Shown here one piece after another: positions 55,481-64,000 of a stretch of DNA of 64,000 bases. A program made the position numbers and the translations under genes. The notes beneath the pieces were generated by a model. That model was not told where the DNA came from and searched no databases. It worked only from the letters and a program-made list of their open reading frames with translations. This stretch comes from Haplodiscus bocki. Taxonomy: Eukaryota. Positions within the stretch are counted from its first letter, which is position 1; each line of letters starts with the position of its first letter. The DNA lies in assembly GCA_965655095.1 (NCBI GenBank), contig OZ296649.1, forward strand, positions 136,276,001 through 136,340,000. Reading direction: 5' to 3'.

Positions 55481-58399
55481 ATCTTTTTTTGAACGTCACA
55501 TATCCCGGAGTCAGTCCGGCCGCACCTAATGGTTTAGTTTCAAGAGCAGAACAGCAGAATTAGTCTAAGATTTTTCAAGGTGTTAGTCCCTGTGGATCAG
55601 AAATTTGCATCTAACAATTCCGGCAAACTTGATAGTCTTGGGCCCAGCATCTGGGTTACAAAGGAAGCAGCTTCAGAATTCCCTAATTACAGTCGTCGAT
55701 GAATTCAAATCTCGTCCTGGTTTGACTTCCGAACCTAGCTAGAACGTTATGAAAAATGGTCAAACACAAAATTCATAGATTTGTTGGGCTTTATGGTACG
55801 ACGTTGTCGCCACGTCATATAGTTCCACCTGTTCTGTTCAAGGTAAAAAGAAAAAATGATAAAAAAATTTTTGTTCGTCTGTCGTCTTGGAGCCAAAGAA
55901 AAACTTTTGACTATTTTGAGTTGAGAGTGATCATTTTTTATTTTTTTTTTGCGCAGAGATTGTTTTCACAATGTTTCTGCTTCTTATGTGGTTCTGACTT
56001 CAAGCAGCAGAGTCATTATGCGCTCCTCATGTCTGTTACTCCAGCCGTGATTCTGGTTGTAATGACCGTGCGGCATAGACACATTCCTCTACGCTGTTTA
56101 AAAGTCAAGTTTATTCATGGCTTCTGAATATTTGCTCTTCAATCTGGCGTCCATCGGTTGCTTGTCTACTGCCCGTAATGCATTTTTGACCCCGTCGCAG
56201 CTCGTCTTTGTCTCTTCAAATGTCTGGAAATGCAGCTTGAAGCTGACACTGACGAAGGTATTGGAAAAAAGCGTCGCTTAAGGCAAAATCTCCGAATCAT
56301 CAATGGTGGCGAATTTGATTTCCCTGAAAATCATTCTTTCAAGTTTTCAAGTTGGAGTAATTAAAGTCAAACGTGGCTGCTGTTACCCCGTCTCTAGGAT
56401 ACTGGATGTCTATCGTTCTAATTGTTCGCACACCCTCTTGAGAATACTGCGGAGTCACTCCCGAACTACTCTTCCTTGGAGTTCGGAGTTCCTTAGAGAT
56501 CCGGGACGCAAACTGAGGCAATCGCATTTGTTGGACGAGTGAATCGCCTTAGGGTTCCTCCTAAAATCTTTTGTTGGATTACTTTTCAAGGTTTTTTAGT
56601 TTAGACTTCGAGCAGCATCTCATTGAAATGTAATTTCGTAATGCTCGTTTTAGTTGCGTAGCACTAATGAAAAGTAATTGTAAACTGCACTGCTAGTATG
56701 CGAATTACAGACCTTTTTGTCTTTCGGCAAGTTATTGTGAGTGCGTGTTTAACGTTACGTCTTTGGTTCAATGGAGCACTTTCATTTTGCTGAAGAAACA
56801 GATCGTTGGCTGGAAAGCGCAGCGACAAAGCCATGGGTGAAGTGCCTGTTGCTTTTTTAAGGATGGTTCTGTTGAAATTGGAGGGTACTTCGCTCGACAT
56901 TATTTGTTAGTTCGAGTTTCAGCTTCGTCGGCATAAATTAGATAGATTGAGGTAGCGTTTTCGTCATCCTATAGAGCTTTACGTTTGTTTTGACTTCTTG
57001 AGCATCAACGGTTCCTTTTCCCTGCAGACGCACGGCTTCTATGGTCACAACGGTTGGCGAGAAGACGGTGTTTTTGTAATTCGGGTTTTTAATGTCTTTT
57101 TTTATCATTGATGTTTGACATTGGTTGACGTTCCTTAGTTCGATTAATCTTTATTGATTACATCACGCCAATTTTGAGTGTCATTTCGTTGTTTATGGGA
57201 ATTAGGCTGCTCGCTTTTACAGCGGGTTGTGTTACCTCATCTACAGTCATTTTCACAAAATTAGGCTAGTTATTTCTCTTCCTGTGTATGGAGAATGGGA
57301 GAAATAGACGGTCGTTGCCATTTCGTTTTTTGAAGATATAGCAATCGATGAAAGTCTCCACGATAAACTGCTGGTTGCTCCAACTTTCACCTTTGTTTAC
57401 TCAGTTTCATTAATAGGCTTCCACATTGACGTCCATGAATTCTTCAGCGAACTATTGCAACATCTCTGTCTTCCTTCTCGAATGATTCTGAACTTACTAG
57501 TAGTGTTCACAAGGGTGGAGTTTTGACCTTCTCGTTCTCGGAGACAGGGTTTCTGCGTTTTGTGAATTTGACTATACTTTGAACTCTTTGAACTGTCTGT
57601 CTGTTACGTGCTTTCATTCACTTTGATATGAATTTTCTGCTGCTGCTGGGGAAAAGATTCTTTGCACTTGATCTTCTCAACTGTTTGGAAGGTGATGTTA
57701 CTTACTAACGTGAAGATTTCTTGGAATTTCTGTTGTCTCAGGTAACTGCAAAGAGTCGTGCTGCCCTTAGTTTTGGTGTCGTAAGAGTTGCTTCAATATT
57801 CAGTTTTTGGCAGTTTCTTTAACCGTAATTGAAGTTGACTTTGCAAGTGCTATTTGTCTTCCGAAGTTGATGCGTTCAACTTATGTCCGTTGCCGGAGTT
57901 TTGTGTCATCTCGCGCTCACAGTCAGCGATCTCTTTCCACTGCTGATTCTTGCAGCTCTAAGGGAGCTTTGAGTCGCTTGGGGAAATTCGTTCAAATTGC
58001 AGGTTTCTTCCAGCACACAACTTCATCGTGTTCTCCGTTCTCTTCTTTAATTTCAATCGATCCGTCTTGCAAGTTGCGATTCTTGTCACTGCGATTCTTG
58101 ACGGTCGTGAAAATGAGCGTCGTGAGAAAATCGAAGAGACAATGTCAAAACATTTTGATTGAACTTCTATGTTTTGTTCTTTTTTGCTTCAACAAGAACA
58201 GCGTTCTTTTAATGATTTGCCTTCCCCTCCCCTTCAACTTTTGTAGTTGCCGGTCCGTCTTCCTCATCTTGTGCAGCTGCTTGTCCTTCTGTGTCAAGTA
58301 TTGGATGAAATGCCTTCACATGTGCTTCGGTGTCTCAATATCTTGGCTACTTCTTGTTCCCAGTGGATACACACAATTTATGAAACGTACAATACATAA

Positions 58400-58810
58400 C
58401 CGGGTTGACGTCTCAGAGACATTCAGCGCTGATCAGCTCTGATTCAGAATACTTTCAGGTCTGTTTCAGCGCTGTTCATTACCTGAAAATCTCTGAACAG
58501 CGCTGATTCAACTCTGAACAGCGCTGAAAACGCAAATTTTCAGAGGTAAAAATCAGCGCTGAAACAGCGCTGATTTTCTCTGAAACAGAGCTGATTCAGA
58601 GCTGAACAGCGCTGATTTTCTCTGAAACAGCTCTGAAACTGGAAATTTTCAGAGCAAAAAAATCAGCGCTGAATCAGAGCTGTTTCAGTGCTGATTTTCT
58701 CTGAAACAGAGCTGATTTTCTCTGAAACAGCGCTGAAACACCAAATTTTCAGAGCAAAAAATCAGCGCTGAATCAGAGCTGTTTCAGCGCTGATTTTCTC
58801 TGAAACAGAA
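58400..58810. repeat. Minisatellite array of CAGCGCTG/CAGAGCTG-TGAAA units in mixed orientation, probably the inside of a truncated TIR element
   Basis: Repeated aacagcgctgattttctctg, aaaatcagcgctgaatcagagctgtttcag; begins ccgggttgac. Confidence 0.8.
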
Positions 58811-60018
58811 AAACTTAACTTAGTTTTTCGAACGTTATCAGAAGCTTAAGCAATACATGCCAATATTACATGCTACCAATCGACATCTTCTACTCCATAT
58901 TGGTAAAAGAGCAAACCTTTAATCTTAGGGTGAGCCCGGGTCGACCCGCCGGGTGGGACTTGCTAATAACATACCCCTTCTACATGCAACTCGCTATTCC
59001 TGACACGACAGTCTCGGTATGCCATTTCTCAACACAATTCTTGTTCGTCGTTCAGCATCCTAAACCCTGCCTAGAATTTAGTGGCTTCGTGCCGAGAGTT
59101 GCCGGAACTTTTTCGAGTTGGTTACAATTATGCTCAAAATAAATCTCGCTAGTTGCATCATTACATGTTTTACATTAATGTCATGAACTCAGCTAATTGA
59201 AGGTTATTTCAAGCGCTTGTGGAGAAAATGTGAAATCATTCTCAGATGAATATAGAGACTCCTGTTATGACGCCACGATGGGAAGCAGAAAAAACGGCAC
59301 TTTGTAACCAGTATACGACGCTACAAGCAGAACTAAAGCCAATAAGTTAAAACTTAGAGAATTTTTTGGCAATATTTTTCAACAAACCTTCGAAGGAGTG
59401 AAAATACCTGAGGAAATGTTGGTTCGTTTCCGTAATTTCTCCCCCAGCCCTACAGATGAAATTCTTATTTTCTCTAAGATGATTCTGAGCTGCTCAGTAT
59501 GGTTTAAGTTTCTATTCAACGTCAATGGAATTATGTGTTTACTTCAATTAGCTTCAGTAAGCAATCAGCTTTTTGGAAAGTACTTGAGCTTCTTGATTTA
59601 TGTGGACTGTCTACTGACTCGCAAAAGATCTATTCAGTGAACAGACTCGTAGCAGTAACTAAATTTCGACTCGGGGGAGTATCCACGGTGTCGGAAACAA
59701 CGGAAAAGACCCCAAAAGTTTTCATTAATCACGTTGAAATTCAATTGGCAATTTGTAGTAAAAGGTTCCCCTAAGATAATATGCTTTCTGGATATTCAGA
59801 TCTTACTTTCGGCAAAAATTAGACCTCCTTCACTTGGAGCATTTTTTTGGGAAAGCTTTTGATCTAACGCTTTCTGGGATTTTCAAATAACCATGAAATA
59901 ACAGTGCGTACTGAAGCCAGTATTCGTGGGCAAAAACATTATGGAACCCGCGATCAAGCATGGGCAATCAGAAAAAAGGCACCATTACACTGCAACTTGC
60001 AGAGCCTCCTTACAGTGT

Positions 60019-60187
60019 CAGTAGTGTATAAAAAATATATAAATACCCTGTGTAGGGGTCAGGTACGGATTTATTATTATTTTTTTTGTGTCTGCGTTCA
60101 TTTAATCATAAAATTGACCGTAAATTTGGACGAAAAATAGTGAGACCCTTTGCGACTGATGTCATATGCTTTTTTTATATACTACTG
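60019..60187. mobile_element. 169-bp MITE
   Basis: TIRs cagtagtgtataaaaaa ... tttttttatatactactg; no clear TSD. Confidence 0.6.
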
Positions 60188-60586
60188 CTCGCGAAAGTAT
60201 ACGATTATGTTGAAATAGAAATAAAATTGAAATGATATATTCTTAATCTTTGTAATTTTTACAAAAACTCCACTGGCCAAGTTTGATATTATACTTTTTC
60301 AAGCATTTTACAGGGACCATTCCTGGCAGAGTTCCCCATCGATCTAGTCAGTTTTTTCAAGCATCAAGATATAGACAGTTCCTCCATATAGCTTTCGCGC
60401 ATGATGTTGACAAAGACTGGGGGACGTTGGCTAACACAGAACCCCAAACTGTGTGACTACCAATTAAGCATAGTCTTAACTTTAGTCAATGTCACAAATA
60501 CCACTAGGCTATAGGAGGCAATATACAAGGAGAAAAACTAGAATAAATATACAATTTCTTAGTCTCGTACACGTGTATGTTGTAAT

Positions 60587-61090
60587 ATGTCGACATACCT
60601 TAAACATGTGGAGAAAAAAATGATAAAATCAGTATATGTCGACATAGCTTAAACATGTAGAGATTATAAAATTTTGAGCTACAACAATCAGTGATATATC
60701 ATTGGATAGCCTATCAAAAGTTATGAATACCCTGAAAATTTCAACCTTGTATCTATTAGCATTTTCGAGAAAATTGAAAAAATAGGTTTTGTATGTCGAC
60801 ATACCTTAAACATGTACAGATTATAAAATTTTAAGCTAGAACAAAGTGTGATACATCATTGGATAGGTCGTCAAAAGTTATATTTACGCTGAAAATTTCA
60901 ACTCTGTATCTATTATAGTTTTCGAGAAAATTGACAAAAACCCAAAATGTCGACATATCTTAAACATGTAGAGATTACAAAATTTTAAACTACAACAAAG
61001 TGTGATATATCATTGGATAGCTTGCCGAAATATTAGTGTACGCTGAAATTTGCAGCTCTGTATCTATTATAATCTTTGAGAAATTGAGAT
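60587..61090 (+). repeat. Three ~155-bp tandem units plus one truncated unit, each starting with the palindrome ATGTCGACAT
   Basis: Units start at 60587 (partial), 60636, 60793 and 60947; shared ttaaacatgt, tcattggatag, ctgaaa, tgtatctatta. Confidence 0.92.
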
Positions 61091-61135
61091 TGTAAAATTA
61101 TGATAAATTATAAGATTTCTTTTTATATCATTGTT

Positions 61136-61426
61136 TCATTCATCTATATCTCCCTTATTGTTAACTTCAATCATAATATCAATTATCAATTTTCGTAATG
61201 CTCTATATTTTTCATCATCCAGGGATTCATACTCATCTATCATATAATTTATATATTTTAATACATTCATTATTACGATCATATTTTCTATAAATTTCAT
61301 TTCAGACATGTTTATTAAAAAGTTGTGTATTTCTTCTAGTTGTTCTATATTAACAAAGTACTTGGTATGAATTATACTACTATCAATTAAATTTAAACAA
61401 TCTGTCACACTATTAATCTTACTCAT
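61136..61426 (-). CDS. Hypothetical viral protein (96 aa), paralog of 61460-61834
   Basis: Intact ORF with TAAATG start; shares N.V.D.L..ID..I...IHNF..N with its neighbour. Confidence 0.75.
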   Translation of the reverse strand: MSKINSVTDCLNLIDSSIIHTKYFVNIEQLEEIHNFLINMSEMKFIENMIVIMNVLKYINYMIDEYESLDDEKYRALRKLIIDIMIEVNNKGDIDE

Positions 61427-61459
61427 TTATATAGTAAAAACTATTATTATTTGAAATAT

Positions 61460-61834
61460 TTACTCAGAATAATTCTGTCTAAAGATTGAGAGTTTACATT
61501 TGTATTTGTCTTCGTCTTTATTTTCCGATTTTGTTATAAAATAGCGATCATCATCATCTATCTCATTTTTTTCTATAAGACCTGGGACGATTAAGCTCCT
61601 CATCTTGATCCAGTCATCTCTTAACTCGCCATTTTCATAATCAATTAATTTTGTTAGCATTAGATTTGCTTGTTTAAGTACATCATATCTTATACCAAAG
61701 TCGACTCCATACCAATTCAAGAAGAAATTATGAATCATTGATATATATAATATGTAATGATCTTTATTATTATTATCAGTTATACCGATATCAATATAAT
61801 CTAAAACATCTTTCAAATCGTTTACTCCATTCAT
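61460..61834 (-). CDS. Hypothetical viral protein (124 aa)
   Basis: Intact ORF with TAAATG start; ATGA overlap with the upstream ORF stop. Confidence 0.78.
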   Translation of the reverse strand: MNGVNDLKDVLDYIDIGITDNNNKDHYILYISMIHNFFLNWYGVDFGIRYDVLKQANLMLTKLIDYENGELRDDWIKMRSLIVPGLIEKNEIDDDDRYFITKSENKDEDKYKCKLSIFRQNYSE

Positions 61835-62082
61835 TTATATAGAATAAAAATATTTTCTAAGTATTCTATTCTACTAATTTTCATTTTTAATTTCATATCT
61901 AAATCTTTTATCATTACAGACATTATATTTATTAGTTCTTTAAGAATAATATTCTGAATCAAATTATCATATGCTATCTGGATTTTATGATCATAAGTTA
62001 ATCTATTATATCTATCTAACATATTATTTATTTTCATACATACGAATGGATCTTTTTTAATTACATTTACAAAAGCTTCCAT
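61831..62082 (-). CDS. Hypothetical viral protein (83 aa, helical/coiled-coil-like)
   Basis: Intact ORF with TAAATG start; stop overlaps the next start. Confidence 0.72.
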   Translation of the reverse strand: MEAFVNVIKKDPFVCMKINNMLDRYNRLTYDHKIQIAYDNLIQNIILKELINIMSVMIKDLDMKLKMKISRIEYLENIFILYK

Positions 62083-62240
62083 TTAAAATATAGATATTTA
62101 CAATTATACTTATTTTTATACTTGGCATATTTATAAGTATACAAGTAATTATACAATCAAAGAAGTTATCTGACTGTATAATTATATGAGTATTTATACT
62201 TAGGTATACTTACACTTATATATATTTAATTTTCATTTAA
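62083..62240. promoter_or_regulatory. Divergent intergenic region rich in TATAC/GTATA motifs
   Basis: Lies between head-to-head ORFs. GTAATTATAC at 62145 recurs at 63754 and 63844. Confidence 0.5.
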
Positions 62241-62812
62241 ATGAGTAGTCATTTTTATTGTGAGATGTGCGACAAATCGATTAAAATCAGATCTAAAAAG
62301 AGACACATAAATTCTGCAAATCACAAATCATTAAATAGGACTATAATTTCCAAATACTCTGTTGAAAATCCAAGTTTTCTTCATATGGAAGATATATTAA
62401 AAAATATGTTGATGATTATAATAAAAAATTTGTATTATATATAATTATTTGCAAATGGAAAGTACATTTTTCAGATACTATAATTAACGTCAAATCTAAT
62501 AGATTGTATAATATTCATAGACCTGGTTGGAAATTAAGACCATATTTGATATCAAAAATTGAAGATTTTGAGAGTGATGGTCACAAATTCTCTCACATAT
62601 CCGAAATGGATATTATGTTTATATCAAATCTGAGAAATATGACATATGAACACTATCTCCAAATACCAAAATCAATGTTAGAATGGACTATGATTAAAAA
62701 ATTGGCTACTAACCCACAGCTCATAAAAGCATTTAATATAAATTCATATCATCCATTAATCAGAAAATACAGACATATCATCGATAATAGAGAAATTCGT
62801 GATCTTATATAA
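62241..62812 (+). CDS. C2H2 (U1-like) zinc-finger + 'HPLIRKY' domain protein, split by a 1-nt frameshift at the A-run 62399-62404
   Basis: YCEMCDKSIKIRSKKRHINSANH. A -1 shift gives ILKKYVDDYNKKFVLYIIICKW...RLYNIHRP, joining track ORFs 62241-62444 and 62504-62812 and aligning with 63023-63511. Confidence 0.75.
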
Positions 62813-62831
62813 ATCATTCTTATCTTAATAA

Positions 62832-63020
62832 ATGGATAGTGAAAATCAAGTTATTATTTATTGTGAAGATGATAATGAATATCGAGTATATTGCAATATT
62901 TGCGATAGTTTGTGTATCCAACGATTTTATAAAAATCATCTCAAATCACAAACTCATATAAATAATATTCGCAAAATTGAAGAAATAAATAACGCATTTG
63001 AAGCAATATCACTTAATTAA
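62832..63020 (+). CDS. Small C2H2 zinc-finger protein (62 aa)
   Basis: YCNICDSLCIQRFYKNHLKSQTH; TAAATG start. Confidence 0.8.
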   Translation: MDSENQVIIYCEDDNEYRVYCNICDSLCIQRFYKNHLKSQTHINNIRKIEEINNAFEAISLN

Positions 63021-63022
63021 AT

Positions 63023-63511
63023 ATGACTCAACTCTGCTACCATTGCAATAAAAATGATAAATGTTTTTATACAAAATATATCACTAATAACGTCAAAATC
63101 AATGAATTCGATAAAATATTTAACTATTATATCACTACTCATAATAAAAAATTTGATTTTTACTATATTGATTGTGAATTTGAAATACAATTTGATAATA
63201 ATTACAAGGCAAATATAGAAATTAATTATCATAATAATACAGATTATATCAATATAAAGAGTTATTTATTATTTTATATTGATAGTTGCGAAATTAATGG
63301 CTATAAGTTTAAAAATATCAATCATATGATTATCAAAACTATTACTTGTAAATGCAATATGAGTTATAAGCATTATATAAATCAACCAATGTCTATGCTT
63401 GAAAGACGTATAAATATGATTATTGCTAGAAATCCACAATTAATAAATTGTCTTAATCGAAATAAAAACCATCCTCTCATCAGAAAATATTCTCATATTC
63501 CATTATTATAA
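63023..63511 (+). CDS. Hypothetical viral protein (162 aa), paralog of the C-terminal part of 62241-62812
   Basis: Shared NKKF, NMxYxHY, PxSMLE, NPQLI and HPLIRKY motifs. Confidence 0.85.
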   Translation: MTQLCYHCNKNDKCFYTKYITNNVKINEFDKIFNYYITTHNKKFDFYYIDCEFEIQFDNNYKANIEINYHNNTDYINIKSYLLFYIDSCEINGYKFKNINHMIIKTITCKCNMSYKHYINQPMSMLERRINMIIARNPQLINCLNRNKNHPLIRKYSHIPLL

Positions 63512-63706
63512 ATGAATATAATAAATGTTACTGATCTTGATAATATCACAGAATATGATAATACTACAGACGCAAATAATTGTAATATTGATATAATTAT
63601 ACCAGCGTTATTATTTACAATACCATGTGGTCTATCATTTATATGTTTAATATCCCTTATGGTATATACTTTAGTCAAACCTTTGTTCAATAAAAAATCA
63701 AAATAA
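63512..63706 (+). CDS. Small single-pass membrane protein (64 aa)
   Basis: Acidic N-terminus with three NxT sequons, a hydrophobic stretch IIIPALLFTIPCGLSFICLISLMVYTLV and a basic tail. The start abuts the previous stop. Confidence 0.72.
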   Translation: MNIINVTDLDNITEYDNTTDANNCNIDIIIPALLFTIPCGLSFICLISLMVYTLVKPLFNKKSK

Positions 63707-63875
63707 TTACATTTATAATAATATTTATACTTATTATTCATATATGAATACATGTAATTATACCTAATAGTCATATATGAATAGGTGTAATTATTAATAC
63801 AAATATCTGGGTACTTATACAAGGTATAAATACACATATGTAAGTAATTATACAAATTCTATTTGTCAAAAATAA

Positions 63876-64000
63876 ATGGAGAAAATTTTATATCCAAAAC
63901 ATCCAGTTAGGTGTATTATAACAGGTCCCTCGGAATGCGGCAAATCAGTATTTCTAACAAATTTTATATTAAATATTATTAACGAATATGATAAAATATA
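63876..64000 (+). CDS. A32/FtsK-like DNA packaging ATPase, N-terminus (truncated by window end)
   Basis: MEKILYPKHPVRCIITGPSECGKSVFLTNFILNIINEYDKI: HPxR-hydrophobic strand-Walker A (GPSECGKS) right at the N-terminus, typical of Polinton/poxvirus A32-like ATPases. Confidence 0.82.
   Translation, partial: MEKILYPKHPVRCIITGPSECGKSVFLTNFILNIINEYDKI

Larger units (their letters stand above)
60560..64000. mobile_element. End of an intact-looking Polinton/Maverick (adintovirus)-like endogenous DNA virus, continuing beyond the window
   Basis: Abrupt shift to very AT-rich, gene-dense, intronless ORFs with abutting starts and stops; subterminal tandem repeats; A32-like ATPase start at 63876. Exact left terminus not determined. 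Confidence 0.78.

Noticed and set aside
57807-58442. Longest track ORF (211 aa)
   Set aside because: Non-ATG start, C/S/F/L-rich antisense-like composition, runs into the minisatellite, and has no recognisable motif.
60530-60580. Helitron 3' end (CTAG at ~60538 with a nearby palindrome) as the element boundary
   Set aside because: The palindrome is AT-rich and too far from the CTAG for a typical Helitron hairpin; boundary left unresolved.
60587-61090. CRISPR-like array (palindromic repeat at regular spacing)
   Set aside because: The intervening sequences are homologous to each other (whole ~155-bp units repeat), so there are no unique spacers. No cas genes; eukaryotic context.
63493-63855. 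120-aa minus-strand Y/N-rich ORF, and 63017-63232
   Set aside because: Antisense shadows of plus-strand genes and of TATAC-rich intergenic DNA; no TAAATG start.

Overview
This is AT-rich, repeat-saturated eukaryotic (probably animal) genomic DNA with no recognisable host gene and one 200-N scaffold gap (30894-31093). Most of 1-60 kb is a transposon graveyard: decayed Ty3/Gypsy and BEL/Pao fragments, a Mutator/MULE element with intact TIRs and a 10-bp TSD (39153-40732), nested MITEs, a four-copy dispersed repeat family and microsatellites. Three things stand out. (1) From about 60.56 kb to the window end is the intact-looking end of a Polinton/Maverick (adintovirus)-like endogenous DNA virus. 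It has palindrome-bearing ~155-bp tandem repeats, then tightly packed intronless ORFs, ending in an A32-like packaging ATPase that the ORF track missed. Seven of its 8 starts read TAAATG, the poxvirus-type late initiator. (2) Older decayed relatives of this element lie at 30-36 kb (adenain-type protease and penton-like remnants) and 43.6-46.1 kb. (3) A ~12.5-kb inverted-repeat structure has ~3.9-kb near-identical arms (41862-45740 / 48521-52402), a 2.78-kb spacer and ~1 kb of diverged outer arms. All homology calls come from reading motifs by eye; no searches were run.
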